This document shows, one piece after another, positions 18,915 to 29,128 of a stretch of 64,000 nucleotides of DNA (its first letter is position 1; each line of letters starts with the position of its first letter). The position numbers were made by a program, and so were the translations under genes. The stretch is taken from NCBI GenBank assembly GCA_903845115.1, contig CAIMWE010000123.1, forward strand, positions 1,345-65,344. Reading direction: 5' to 3'. Origin of the DNA: an uncultured Acidobacteriota bacterium. GTDB lineage: Bacteria > Acidobacteriota > Thermoanaerobaculia > UBA5066. A model generated the notes under the pieces. The model was not told where the DNA came from. It saw only the letters and a list, made by a program, of their open reading frames with translations, and ran no database searches.

Positions 18915-20075
18915 ATGCCGGCGGTGAAGAAGTCGAAGACCGAGGACTCCCCGGACGGAAGGGCGGCCGCGGAAAAGCCGTCGAGCAACAAGACGGTGAT
19001 CGTCGGCGTCTTCGGGCGGGAGACCTCGCGGACGGAAGCCGAGGACCACCTGGACGAGCTGGAGCGGCTGGTCGACACGGCCGGCGGGGTCGTGGTGGCG
19101 CGCGCGCTCCAGGAGAGGCCCACGCCCGACCCGGCCACGTTCGTCGGGCGGGGGAAGGTGAAGGAGATCGCCGAGGTGGCGGAGGGGCTCGGCGCCGGGT
19201 GGACGATCTTCGACGACGAGCTGACCCCTTCGCAGATCAAGAACCTGGAGAAGGCCCTTCCGACCAACGTCCTGGACCGGTCGGCGGTGATCCTCCAGAT
19301 CTTCGCGTCGCGCGCGCGGAGCCGCGAGGCGATGACGCAGGTCGAGCTGGCCCGGCTGCAGTACCTCCTTCCGCGGCTCTCCGGGTCGACGACGGGCCTG
19401 GCCCAGCAGAGGGGCGGCGGGGCGTTCCGGGGAGGCGGGGGCGAGAAGCAGATCGAGCTGGACCGCCGGAAGATCCGCCGCAAGATCGCGACGCTCAAGG
19501 AAGAGCTCGCCCGCATCGAGAAGAGCCTGGGAGTCCGGAGGAAGGGGCTCCGGAAGGTCGCGACCGTGGCGCTGGCCGGCTACACGAACGCCGGGAAGAC
19601 GACCCTCTTCAACAAGCTGACCTCGTCGAAGGAATTCGCCGAGGACCGGCTCTTCGCGACGCTCGACCCCCGCCACGCCCGCCTCCTCGGGGTGGGCGGA
19701 CGGGCGATCGTCACGGCCGACACCGTCGGGTTCCTCCGGAAGCTCCCGCACTCGCTCGTCGCCTCGTTCCGGTCGACGTTGAAGGAGGTCGAGGAGGCCG
19801 ACCTCGTCGTCCACGTCGTCGACGCCTCGTCGGCGCAGGCGGATTCCCAGCGCCGGGTCGCGGAGGAGGTCCTGGCCGAGATGGGCGTCGAGAAGGACCG
19901 GATTCTCCTCGTCTACAACAAGGTCGACCGGCCCCACCCGGCCGCGCTCGACCCGGACGGCCTCCTCATCTCGGCCGTGACCGGAGACGGGCTCGACCGC
20001 CTGCGCGCCGCGGTCATCGCGCGCCTCGAGGCGCTCGGGGTCACGGTCCCCTTCTACGGCCGCGGCACGCCTTGA
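18915..20075 (+). CDS. hflX: GTPase HflX
   Basis: HflX N-terminal domain (VIVGVF...EL..L....G), then the G domain GYTNAGKTTLFN (G1), DTVGF (G3) and NKVD (G4). Confidence 0.85.
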   Translation: MPAVKKSKTEDSPDGRAAAEKPSSNKTVIVGVFGRETSRTEAEDHLDELERLVDTAGGVVVARALQERPTPDPATFVGRGKVKEIAEVAEGLGAGWTIFDDELTPSQIKNLEKALPTNVLDRSAVILQIFASRARSREAMTQVELARLQYLLPRLSGSTTGLAQQRGGGAFRGGGGEKQIELDRRKIRRKIATLKEELARIEKSLGVRRKGLRKVATVALAGYTNAGKTTLFNKLTSSKEFAEDRLFATLDPRHARLLGVGGRAIVTADTVGFLRKLPHSLVASFRSTLKEVEEADLVVHVVDASSAQADSQRRVAEEVLAEMGVEKDRILLVYNKVDRPHPAALDPDGLLISAVTGDGLDRLRAAVIARLEALGVTVPFYGRGTP

Positions 20076-20217
20076 AAGCGGCGCCGGCGATCGTTCGCCG
20101 GGCGGCGCAGCCAGCGTCCCTTCCTCGGACGGTTCGTGGCCGTTTCGAGGTGCCGCCCCGACGATAGCGGCGTTGTAGGATTCGAGGGGTCTGAACCGGA
20201 GTCTCAGGAGGTGGCCC

Positions 20218-21381
20218 ATGTCCGTTCCCGTCGAGATTCACTCCCGTGGCCAGGCGATCTGGCTCGACTCGATCTCGGCCAAGATGATCCACAGCGGACG
20301 GCTCGACGGCCTCATCACCTCGGGCACCGTCTACGGGGTCACGTCCAACCCGACCATCTTCGGCCAGGCGATCGAGGGGAACGACGGGGACTACGACCAG
20401 CGCCTCGCCCGCCTCGCCGACGACGGCAAGGACGCGTTCGGGATCTACGACGAGCTGACCCGGAAGGACATCGCCGAGGGAGCCGACCTCTTCCGGGCTC
20501 TCTTCCTCGCCAGCCCCGTCGACGGCTGGATCTCCCTCGAGGTCCTCCCCTCGCTCGCGCACGACGCCGCCGGCACCGTCGCCGAGGCGCGGCGCCTGGT
20601 CTCCCTCCTGGGACGGCCCAACGTCCTCATCAAGGTGCCGGCCACGCCCGCCGGGTGCGAGGCGATCCGGACCCTGATCGGCGACGGGATCTCGGTGAAC
20701 GTCACGCTGATGTTCAACCGGAAGCACTACCGCGACGTGGCGAACGCCTACCTCGAGGGGATCACGAGCCGTGTCGCAGGCAGCAAGAACCTGTCGAAGG
20801 TCCAATCGGTCGCGTCGTTCTTCGTCTCGCGCGTGGACACGACGGTGGACCGCCTGCTCGACGCGAAGGCCGAAGGGGCGGATGCGGCCCGCCGATCGCA
20901 CCTCCAGGGCCTCCGGGGGAAGGCGGGCCTGGCCAACTGCAAGGTGGTCTATCAGGACTTCCTCGCCGTCTTCGGCGACGACTTCCGTCCGCTCGCGGCG
21001 AAGGGAGCCAACGTCCAGCGCCCGCTCTGGGCCTCGACCGGAACCAAGAACCCGGCCTACCCGGACCTCCTCTACGTGGAGAACCTGGTGGGCCCCTCGA
21101 CCGTGAACACGATTCCCGAGAAGACCCTCGAGGCCCTCCTCGACCACGGCCGGTGCCTCGGCGACACGGTGCTCGAGGGGGTCGACGAGTCGAGGCGGAC
21201 CCTGGACGCCCTGGCGGAGGAAGGGATCGACGTGGAGGCCTTGGGCGAGCAGCTCCAGACCGAGGGGGTCGCGGCCTTCGCGAAGTCCTACGACGACCTG
21301 CTCGGGACGATCGAGAAGCGCCGGCTGGAGGTCCTGCAGGATTCCGTCCGGACCCGGAAGTTCATGATCCCCGGAGGATGA
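20218..21381 (+). CDS. tal: Transaldolase
   Basis: SIWLDSISAKMI...TSNPTIF and the Schiff-base Lys region (VLIKVPAT). Confidence 0.9.
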   Translation: MSVPVEIHSRGQAIWLDSISAKMIHSGRLDGLITSGTVYGVTSNPTIFGQAIEGNDGDYDQRLARLADDGKDAFGIYDELTRKDIAEGADLFRALFLASPVDGWISLEVLPSLAHDAAGTVAEARRLVSLLGRPNVLIKVPATPAGCEAIRTLIGDGISVNVTLMFNRKHYRDVANAYLEGITSRVAGSKNLSKVQSVASFFVSRVDTTVDRLLDAKAEGADAARRSHLQGLRGKAGLANCKVVYQDFLAVFGDDFRPLAAKGANVQRPLWASTGTKNPAYPDLLYVENLVGPSTVNTIPEKTLEALLDHGRCLGDTVLEGVDESRRTLDALAEEGIDVEALGEQLQTEGVAAFAKSYDDLLGTIEKRRLEVLQDSVRTRKFMIPGG

Positions 21382-21385
21382 CCGA

Positions 21386-23365
21386 GTGATCGTTGGCGAT
21401 TTCGAGACCCCGGACCTCACCGAAACCCAGCTCTCCACCTTCGCCCGGCTCGGCAGGGAGGCGCGCGGAGACATCCTCGAGATGACGACGCTCGCCGCGT
21501 CGGGGCATCCGGGGGGCTCCATTTCGAGCGTCGACTTCGAGCTGGTCCTCTGGGGGTGCGGCCGCTTCGATCCGGGAGACCCCTTCCGGCCGGACCGCGA
21601 CCGGGTCGTGGTGAGCCACGGCCACACGTCGCCTGCCGCCTACTCGATCCTGGCCCGCCTCGGCTGGTTCGACGTCTCGCTCCCGCTCCTCGGGTTCCGC
21701 CGGGGAGGCTCCCCCTTCGAGGGGCACGTCGAGCGGGACGTCCCGGGGATCGAGTGGGGCACCGGGAACCTCGGGCAGGGGCTCTCCGTGGCCGCCGGCT
21801 TCGCGCTCGCGGCGCGCCTCAAGGGCCTCGCCAGCCGCGTCTACTGCACGATGGGCGACGGCGAGCAGCAGAAGGGCCAGCTCTCCGAGGCGCGGCGCTT
21901 CGCGGTGCGCGAGGGGCTGACGAACCTGGTCGCCCTCCTCGACTGGAACCGCGAGCAGCTGTCGGGAGACAACGCCACGATCATGCCCCAGGACATCCTG
22001 GCGGGCTGGCGGGCGGACGGCTGGGAGGTCCTGGAGGTGGACGGGCACGACTACCGGGCGGTCTTCCACGCGGTGCGCGCCGCTCATGCGTCGGCCCGTC
22101 CGGCGCTCGTCGCCTGCCACACCGTGATGTCGAAGGGGATCCCGTTCATGGAGGCGGGCGGGTACAAGTGGCACGGGGCCCCCCTCGCGGCGGACCGGTG
22201 CAAGGAGGCGCTCGCGATCCTCGGCCTGCCCGACGACCTCGACCACTGGGTGGCCGAGCGGAAGAAGCCGGCCCCCGACTGGAAGACGGTCCTCCCGCAC
22301 CGTCCCGACGAGGCGGTCCTCCTCGACGAGTCCGGGACGCCGCGCACCTACGCCGCCGACAAGGCGACCGACAACCGCTCGGCCTTCGGGGCGGCCCTGG
22401 CCGACCTGGGCGACGCGTCGGCGGGGAAGGTCCCCCTCGTGGTCGTCGACTGCGACCTCTCGATCTCGACGAAGACCGACATCTTCCAGGCGAGGCACCC
22501 GTCGACCTTCCTCCAGTGCGGCATCGCCGAGCACCACGCGGCCGTCCTCGCGGGCGCCCTCTCGCTCGCGGGGGTGTCGGCCTGGTGGGGCGAGTTCTCG
22601 ATGTTCGGCGTGGCCGAGAGCTACAACCAGCAGCGGCTCAACGACATCAACGGGACGAACGTGAAGCTCTGCGTCACGCACGCGGGGATCGACGTGGGCG
22701 AGGACGGCAAGACGCACCACTCGATCGACTACTTCGGGCTCCTCAACTCGACCTTCGGCTGGCGGGTCTACACCCCGGCCGACCCGAACCAGACCGACCG
22801 CATCGTCCGCTGGATGGCGGGGACGAGGGGAAACCAGGCGCTGGTGCTGGGCCGGTCGAAGTGCCCGGTCATCCCGCGGGAGGACGGGACCCCGTTCTTC
22901 GCCGGCGACTACCACTTCGACCCGCGCCGCGCCGACGAGGTCCGGACGGGGGAGAGGCTGTCGATCGTCGCCGCGGGGAACATGCTAGGGGGCGCGCTCG
23001 AGGCGTGGCAGGTCCTCGAGGCGGAGGGGGTGCGGGTCGACCTCTTCTCGGTGGCCGCCTGGAGCGACCTCGGCGAGGGGAGCCTGGTCAACATGGCCCG
23101 CCACGGCCGGATCGTCTGCGTGGAAGACCACACGCCGCGCACCGGCCTCGGCACGCTGCTGCAGGCGCGAATGAACGACCTGGGCCTGGTGGTCCGGATC
23201 CGCAAGCTCGGGGTGGCCGGCTACGCGTCGTCGGCCCCGGCGAAGGAGCTGTACCGGAGGGCCGGTCTCGACCCGAAGGCCATCGCCCGCGCCGTGCGGG
23301 AGGAGATGCTCCGTCGCCCCCCTGGCGGCTGGTTCCCGGCGGCGGGGAGCGCCGGGACGTTCTAG
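21386..23365 (+). CDS. tkt: Transketolase
   Basis: GHPGGSISSVDFELVLW, the TPP-binding GDGEQQKGQLSEA motif, and pyrimidine-binding and C-terminal domains. Confidence 0.9.
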   Translation: MIVGDFETPDLTETQLSTFARLGREARGDILEMTTLAASGHPGGSISSVDFELVLWGCGRFDPGDPFRPDRDRVVVSHGHTSPAAYSILARLGWFDVSLPLLGFRRGGSPFEGHVERDVPGIEWGTGNLGQGLSVAAGFALAARLKGLASRVYCTMGDGEQQKGQLSEARRFAVREGLTNLVALLDWNREQLSGDNATIMPQDILAGWRADGWEVLEVDGHDYRAVFHAVRAAHASARPALVACHTVMSKGIPFMEAGGYKWHGAPLAADRCKEALAILGLPDDLDHWVAERKKPAPDWKTVLPHRPDEAVLLDESGTPRTYAADKATDNRSAFGAALADLGDASAGKVPLVVVDCDLSISTKTDIFQARHPSTFLQCGIAEHHAAVLAGALSLAGVSAWWGEFSMFGVAESYNQQRLNDINGTNVKLCVTHAGIDVGEDGKTHHSIDYFGLLNSTFGWRVYTPADPNQTDRIVRWMAGTRGNQALVLGRSKCPVIPREDGTPFFAGDYHFDPRRADEVRTGERLSIVAAGNMLGGALEAWQVLEAEGVRVDLFSVAAWSDLGEGSLVNMARHGRIVCVEDHTPRTGLGTLLQARMNDLGLVVRIRKLGVAGYASSAPAKELYRRAGLDPKAIARAVREEMLRRPPGGWFPAAGSAGTF

Positions 23366-23384
23366 CCGATCCCGCGGACCGACC

Positions 23385-24887
23385 ATGAGCGACCGCCCCG
23401 CGGACCCCTGCACGATCGTCATCCTGGGGGGTGCCGGCGACCTCGCGAAGCGCAAGCTCGTGCCGGCGCTCTACGAGGTGGCCAGGGGCGGCCTGCTGTC
23501 GCCGTCCACCGCGATCGTCGGGCTCGCGCGGTCGGCGGGGACCGACGGGAGCTGGCGGGACGCCGTGCGGGCGTCGGTAATGGAGTTCGCGCCCGCGGGG
23601 ACGTTCGACGAGGCCGCGTGGGGGGCCTTCGCCGGCCGCCTCTTCTTCCACCAGGGCGATTTCCTCTCGCCGGAGACATACGCGGCCCTCCAGTCCAGGC
23701 TGTGGGCGATCGAGGCCGAGCGCGGCCTCCCGGGGAACCGGCTCTACTACCTCGCGATCCCGCCGTCGGGGATCGCGGGAGCCGTCCGGAACCTCGGGGG
23801 CGGCGGCCTCGTCCGGCGCGGAGAGGAACGGCCCTGGACGCGCCTCGTCGTCGAGAAGCCGTTCGGCCACGACCTCGCGTCGGCCCGCGCTCTCAACGAC
23901 GAGATCGCCGGGACCTTCGACGAGCGCCAGGTCTTCCGGATCGACCACTACCTCGGGAAGGAGACGACGCAGAACATCCTCGTCTTCCGGCTCGGGAACG
24001 GGCTCTTCGAGCCGCTCTGGAACCGGCGCTACGTCGACCACGTCCAGATCACGGTGGCCGAGTCGATCGGCGTCGAGGGGCGGGGACGCTTCTTCGAGGA
24101 GGCGGGGATCCTCCGCGACATCATCCAGAACCACGCGATGCAGCTCCTCTGCCTCGTGGCGATGGAGCCGCCGGTGGCCTTCGAGCCGAATGCCGTCCGC
24201 GACGAGAAGGTGAAGGTCCTCCGCTCGATCCGGCCGCAGACGCCGGAGGAGATCCTGCGCGACACCGTCCGCGGGCAGTACGGTCCGGGCGCCCTGGAGG
24301 GCCAGCCCGTGGCCGGCTACCGGCAGGAGCCGAACGTGGCGGCCGACTCGGGGCGGGAGACGTATGCCGCCTGGAAGCTCCAGGTGGAGAACTGGCGCTG
24401 GGCGGGCGTGCCGTTCTACCTCCGGGCCGGCAAGCGGATGCCCAAGCGGGTCACCGAGATCGCCATTGCGTTCAAGACGCCCCCCATCGCGTTCTTCCGG
24501 CGGATGGGGGTGACCCACCAGGACCAGAACGTCCTGATCCTGAGGATCCAGCCCGACGAGGGGATCGCGCTCCGCTTCGGCGCCAAGCGGCCGGGGGCCG
24601 AGATGAGGATCGAGCCGGTGAAGATGGACTTCCACTACTCGGAGTTCTTCGGGTCCAAGTCGGCCGACGCCTACGAGCGGCTGCTGGTCGACGCGATCCA
24701 CGGGGATTCCACCCTCTTCGGCCGGAGGGACGAGGTGGAGGCCGCGTGGGAGCAGGTCACCGCCATCCTCGACACCTGGGGCGACGTCCCACCCTTCGAC
24801 CTTCCGAACTACGCCGCTGGCACCTGGGGTCCCGAGGCGGCGGTAGCCCTGATGGCCCGGGACGCCCGGGCATGGAGGCGTCCATGA
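23385..24887 (+). CDS. zwf: Glucose-6-phosphate 1-dehydrogenase
   Basis: VILGGAGDLAKRKL, RIDHYLGKE and the IQNHAMQLL signature. Confidence 0.9.
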   Translation: MSDRPADPCTIVILGGAGDLAKRKLVPALYEVARGGLLSPSTAIVGLARSAGTDGSWRDAVRASVMEFAPAGTFDEAAWGAFAGRLFFHQGDFLSPETYAALQSRLWAIEAERGLPGNRLYYLAIPPSGIAGAVRNLGGGGLVRRGEERPWTRLVVEKPFGHDLASARALNDEIAGTFDERQVFRIDHYLGKETTQNILVFRLGNGLFEPLWNRRYVDHVQITVAESIGVEGRGRFFEEAGILRDIIQNHAMQLLCLVAMEPPVAFEPNAVRDEKVKVLRSIRPQTPEEILRDTVRGQYGPGALEGQPVAGYRQEPNVAADSGRETYAAWKLQVENWRWAGVPFYLRAGKRMPKRVTEIAIAFKTPPIAFFRRMGVTHQDQNVLILRIQPDEGIALRFGAKRPGAEMRIEPVKMDFHYSEFFGSKSADAYERLLVDAIHGDSTLFGRRDEVEAAWEQVTAILDTWGDVPPFDLPNYAAGTWGPEAAVALMARDARAWRRP

Positions 24888-25630
24888 GCGACGACGCGAG
24901 AGTGACGGTGGAGAGGTTCGAGACGCCGGAGGCGCTGGCCGAGAGGGCGGCGGACCTCTTCGCGGAGGCGGCGGCGGAGGCCTGCGCGGCGCGGGGCCGG
25001 TTCCGGGTCGCGCTGGCCGGGGGGAGGACCCCGACGCACCTCCACCAGCTCCTGGGGACGCCGCCCTGGGTCGACCTGGTCCCCTGGGCGTCCACGGACC
25101 TCTTCTTCGGGGACGAGCGGTGCGTCCACGAGTGCTCCCCCGAACGGAACGACCTCGTGGCCAGGGAGGCGCTCTTCGCGGTGGTGGACCTTCCTCCCGA
25201 GAACGTCCACCGGATCGACACGTACCGCCGCGACGGCGCCGAGGCCTACGAGGGAGTCGTGCGCGAACGCTTCGGGGCCGGTCCGGGGGAGATCCCCGCG
25301 TTCGACCTGGTCTTCCTGGGGATCGGTTCCGACGGACACACCGCGTCGCTCTTCCCGGGACGCCCCGAGGTCGACGAAGAGGAGCGCCTCGTCGTGAAGG
25401 TCGTCGGCGCCCCGCAGCAGCCCCCCGACCGGATCACGATGACCCTTCCCCTCCTGAACCGCGCCCGCCTCGTCGTCTTCCTGGCCACCGGCGAGAAGAA
25501 GGCGGCCGTCGTGGCCCGGACCGTCGGCGGCGACCGGGCGCTGCCGGCCGCCCGGGTCGCCCCCGCCGAGGGGCGCCTCGTCTGGCTGCTGGACGCCGCC
25601 GCCGCCTCGGGGATCGGGGCTCCCCGGTGA
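24884..25630 (+). CDS. pgl: 6-phosphogluconolactonase
   Basis: ATGA overlap with zwf. RVALAGGRTP, LFFGDERCV and LGIGSDGHTASLFPG motifs. Confidence 0.85.
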   Translation: MSDDARVTVERFETPEALAERAADLFAEAAAEACAARGRFRVALAGGRTPTHLHQLLGTPPWVDLVPWASTDLFFGDERCVHECSPERNDLVAREALFAVVDLPPENVHRIDTYRRDGAEAYEGVVRERFGAGPGEIPAFDLVFLGIGSDGHTASLFPGRPEVDEEERLVVKVVGAPQQPPDRITMTLPLLNRARLVVFLATGEKKAAVVARTVGGDRALPAARVAPAEGRLVWLLDAAAASGIGAPR

Positions 25631-26643
25631 CCTCCCGCCGCCCGGCCCTCCTGGCGGGGGACCTGGGCGCGACGAACGTCCGCCTCTCCTTCTTCGACGA
25701 GGAGGGGGGACGCCTGGTCCCCGGGTGGTCGGTGCAGTACCGCGTCGCGGGCCTGTCGGGGATCCGGGAGGCGATCGAGCGGTTCCTCCTCGACTCGACG
25801 GAGGCGGGGGAGCTCCGTCCCGTCTCCGCGGCCGCGCTCGGCGTGGCCGGCCCCGTCCGGGCCGGCCGCGTGGTCTCGATGCAGATCCCGTGGGAGGTCG
25901 ACGAGGCCACGATCGCTCTCGCCCTGGGGATCGGATCGGTCCGGATCGTGAACGACCTCTTCGTGAACGCCCTCGGCCTCCGGGAGGTCGCGCCCGGGGA
26001 CTTCGCCGTCCTGAACGACGGCGTGGAGGAGCCCGACGGCAACGGCGTCCTCCTCTCGCCCGGGACGGGGCTGGGCGAGTCGATCCTCGTGCGGGAGGGC
26101 CCCGGCTTCCGGCCGATCCCGTCGGAGGGGGGGAACGCCTCGTTCGCCCCGCGGAACGCCGACGAGATCGCGCTCCTGGAGTGGCTGATGGGCGAGTTCG
26201 GCCACGTGTCGTGCGAGCGGGTCCTCTCCGGTCCCGGCCTCGCGAACCTCTACCGGTTCGAGCGGAGCCGCTCGCGGGAGCCGGAGCCGCGCTGGCTGAC
26301 GGAGCGGATCGCCGAGCTCGGGGACGTGGCCCCGGCCGTCACCGAGGCGGCGCTCGCCGAACGGGACCCGGCCTGCCAGAGGACCCTGGAGCGGTTCGCC
26401 TCGATCCTCGGCGGCGAGGCGGGAAACCTCGCCCTGAAGGGGCTGGCCACCGGCGGCGTCTACCTCGGGGGCGGCATCCCCCCGAAGATCCTCCCGAAGC
26501 TGCGGGACGGCTCGTTCTTCGCCGCCTTCTGCGACAAGGGACGCCTCGGCCCGCTCCTCTCGCGCATGCCCGTGAAGGTCGTCCTGGACGACCGCTGCGC
26601 CCTCCTCGGGGCCGCGCGGGTGGCTTCGTCCACCTTCCGCTAG
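25627..26643 (+). CDS. glk: Glucokinase (Glk family, not ROK)
   Basis: GTGA overlap with pgl. LAGDLGATNVRLSF, SCERVLSGPGLANLY and GGVYLGGGI, the Glk PF02685 pattern. Confidence 0.85.
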   Translation: MTSRRPALLAGDLGATNVRLSFFDEEGGRLVPGWSVQYRVAGLSGIREAIERFLLDSTEAGELRPVSAAALGVAGPVRAGRVVSMQIPWEVDEATIALALGIGSVRIVNDLFVNALGLREVAPGDFAVLNDGVEEPDGNGVLLSPGTGLGESILVREGPGFRPIPSEGGNASFAPRNADEIALLEWLMGEFGHVSCERVLSGPGLANLYRFERSRSREPEPRWLTERIAELGDVAPAVTEAALAERDPACQRTLERFASILGGEAGNLALKGLATGGVYLGGGIPPKILPKLRDGSFFAAFCDKGRLGPLLSRMPVKVVLDDRCALLGAARVASSTFR

Positions 26644-26691
26644 ACTCCGCCCGATCCGGCGCGCGAAGCGACGGACGGAAGGATCGAACCG

Positions 26692-27186
26692 ATGAAGAAG
26701 AACACCCTGACGGCCGCGGCGCTCGGCCTCGCCCTCGTCGCCGCGACCCTCTCGCTCTCCGCGCAGGAGAAGGCCGCCCCCAAGGCTGCCGAGAAGAAGG
26801 CGGAAAAGCCCGCCGCCGACAAGAAGGAGTCGAAATTGACCAAGACCCCCAGCGGCCTCGAGTACGAAGACGTGAAGGTCGGCACGGGCGCGGAGCCCAA
26901 GTCCGGCCAGACCTGTTCCGTTCACTACACCGGGTGGCTCTGGGTGAACGGGGCCAAGGGGACGAAGTTCGACAGCTCCGTCGACCGCGGCCAGCCCTTC
27001 CAGTTCCCCGTCGGCCAGGGGCGCGTCATCCGTGGCTGGGACGAAGGGGTCCTGACGATGAAGATCGGCGGCAAGCGCAACCTCGTCATCCCCCCGGGCC
27101 TCGGCTACGGGGCCCAGGGCGCCGGCGGCGTCATCCCGCCGAACGCGACCCTCTTCTTCGAGGTCGAGCTCCTCGGGGTCAAGTAG
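26692..27186 (+). CDS. Secreted FKBP-type peptidyl-prolyl cis-trans isomerase
   Basis: Signal peptide, then SGLEYEDVKVGTGAEPKSGQTCSVHYTGWL..GTKFDSS..RGQPFQFPVG...GWDEGV...GGKR.L.IPP.LGYG, the FKBP domain. Confidence 0.85.
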   Translation: MKKNTLTAAALGLALVAATLSLSAQEKAAPKAAEKKAEKPAADKKESKLTKTPSGLEYEDVKVGTGAEPKSGQTCSVHYTGWLWVNGAKGTKFDSSVDRGQPFQFPVGQGRVIRGWDEGVLTMKIGGKRNLVIPPGLGYGAQGAGGVIPPNATLFFEVELLGVK

Positions 27187-27210
27187 GACGATTCCACGGG
27201 CCGGGACCGG

Positions 27211-27657
27211 ATGGGCGAGCCGATGCTGCTGCTGACGCGCACGATCCACTTCAACGCCGCTCACCGGCTCTGGAACCCGGCGAAGAGCGCGGAGTGGAAC
27301 CTCGCCACGTTCGGTCCCGGCGCGAACCCGGCCGGCTACGGCCACAACTACTCGCTGGAGATCGCGGTCGCGGGAAGCCCCGACCCGGCGTCGGGGATGA
27401 TCGTGAACCTCACCGACCTGGACCGGGTCCTGAAGGAGGAGGTCGACCGCCCGCTCGACCACCGCCACCTGAACAACGAGGTGGCCGGGTTCGAGAGCAC
27501 CGTCCCGACGGCCGAGAACCTCGCGCTCTGGATCTGGCGGCGCGTGGAGGCCCGGCTGGAGCGGGACGGGTGGCCTTGCCGGCTCTCGAACCTCGTCCTC
27601 ACGGTGACGCCGGGCTTCTCGGTGGAGCTCTCCGCCCCGGCGGCCGCCGGGGCCTGA
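27211..27657 (+). CDS. 6-pyruvoyl-tetrahydropterin synthase family protein (QueD-like)
   Basis: IHFNAAHRL...GHNY and a T-fold. About 148 aa. Confidence 0.7.
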   Translation: MGEPMLLLTRTIHFNAAHRLWNPAKSAEWNLATFGPGANPAGYGHNYSLEIAVAGSPDPASGMIVNLTDLDRVLKEEVDRPLDHRHLNNEVAGFESTVPTAENLALWIWRRVEARLERDGWPCRLSNLVLTVTPGFSVELSAPAAAGA

Positions 27658-27664
27658 CGGCAGC

Positions 27665-29128
27665 GTGGCCGGAGACCCGTCCGCCCGTTTCGCCGACCCG
27701 TTCGCGGCGATCGCCCGCCTGGTGGAGGCGGTCCGGAGGACGCCGCTCCCTCCGGTCCTCTTCCTCTCGGGAGACGACGAGTGGTTCGTCAGGGAAGGGG
27801 CCCGCCGGATCGCCGCCGCCTTCATGGCCGCCTTCGCCGAGGGGGAGGTGGCGACGTACGACGGCACGCGCGACGCTGCGCCGAACGCGGTGGCCGACGT
27901 GGCGACCGTGGCGCTCTTCTCGACGAATCGGCTCGTCGTCCTGGAGGCGACCGACCTCCTGCACGGCAAGAAGCTCGCGGCGGAGGACGTCGACTCGCTC
28001 CTGGACGAGGCCGCGGAGGCCGGCGGCGACGGGAAGGCGCTGGCGCGGCTGGCGAGACGGGCGCGAGTCCTGGCGGTCGCCGCCGGGGCCGGCTCCGAGA
28101 CCGACGCCCGCGAGGCGGCCCGGAAGGTGACCGGGCGCGTCCGGCGGCAGGCGCGCGCCGAGCAGCTGGCCGCGTTGCTGGAGCTGGCGCCGCCGGAGCC
28201 GGAGGACCGGAGCGGCGGCGACCTCCTCCTCGGCTACCTCGCCGCGGCCCAGCCCGGGGACAACGCCCTCCTCGTCTGCGCCGTCTCGCCCGACGCGGAC
28301 CATCCCGCCGCCGAGGCTCTCTCGAAGAGGGCACTCTTCGGGTCCCTCGTCGCGCCCGGCGACGACGCTCGCCGGTTCCGCCTCGCCGCGCTCGGCCTGG
28401 AGCGGGCGATGGAGCGGAACGCGGTGGTCGATGCCGACGTGTACGAGATCCTCTGCAGCCGCGGGCGCCTGTCGGCGAGGGCGTTCCTCGGGGAGCTCGA
28501 CCGGCTGCTGGCGGGGGCCGCGGGCTCCCGGGTGCGGGCCGAGGACGCCGCGCGGCTCGTGTCGGACGAGAGGAAGGAATACGGGTCCGACTTCGTCGAC
28601 GCCGCGGTGAAGCGGCAGTTCGTCCCGGCCCTCCGCCTCCTCGACCGCCTCATGTCGTCCGACGACTTCACGGCGTTCCGCCCCTTCGGCGGCAAGGACG
28701 ACGCCGCGCCGGCCAGGAAGGGCCCGAAGGGCGAGGCCGCGTTCTTCCCCCTCCTCGGCCTGCTCGCGGGGGAGTTCCGGCGGGTCCTGGCGATGAAGGT
28801 GGTCCTGGCGCAGCTCCCGCAGGGCGGGCGGCCGGCGCGTCGCGTGGACTACCGGACGTTCGCCGATCGCCTGCTCCCGTCGCTGAAGAACCCTCCCCCG
28901 AACGCGCCTCCGGTGCCCCTCGACGGCCACCCGTTCGTCCTCCACAAGGCGTACCTCGCGTCGTTCGACTGGAGCCTCGCCGAGCTGATCGAGGCGATGA
29001 AGGGGATCGCGGCGATCGACGAGGGAGTGAAGACGGGGACGGGCGACGGACGCGAGCTGCTCGAGACGTTCCTCCTCTCCCGCGTGACGCCGCCGGGAGG
29101 GCCGGAAGGCCGGCGGATCCAGGCGTGA
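27665..29128 (+). CDS. holA: DNA polymerase III delta subunit-like (HolA), extended form
   Basis: N-terminal PVLFLSGDDEWFVREGARRI and C-terminal HPFVLHKAYLASFDWSLAELIEAMKGIAAIDEGVKTG motifs. Confidence 0.65.
   Translation: MAGDPSARFADPFAAIARLVEAVRRTPLPPVLFLSGDDEWFVREGARRIAAAFMAAFAEGEVATYDGTRDAAPNAVADVATVALFSTNRLVVLEATDLLHGKKLAAEDVDSLLDEAAEAGGDGKALARLARRARVLAVAAGAGSETDAREAARKVTGRVRRQARAEQLAALLELAPPEPEDRSGGDLLLGYLAAAQPGDNALLVCAVSPDADHPAAEALSKRALFGSLVAPGDDARRFRLAALGLERAMERNAVVDADVYEILCSRGRLSARAFLGELDRLLAGAAGSRVRAEDAARLVSDERKEYGSDFVDAAVKRQFVPALRLLDRLMSSDDFTAFRPFGGKDDAAPARKGPKGEAAFFPLLGLLAGEFRRVLAMKVVLAQLPQGGRPARRVDYRTFADRLLPSLKNPPPNAPPVPLDGHPFVLHKAYLASFDWSLAELIEAMKGIAAIDEGVKTGTGDGRELLETFLLSRVTPPGGPEGRRIQA

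Noticed and set aside
27665-29128. HolA length (487 aa against a typical roughly 340) as a possible fusion
   Set aside because: Both N- and C-terminal delta-subunit signatures are present in a single frame. The extra length is likely a lineage-specific insertion, not worth a separate claim without alignment.
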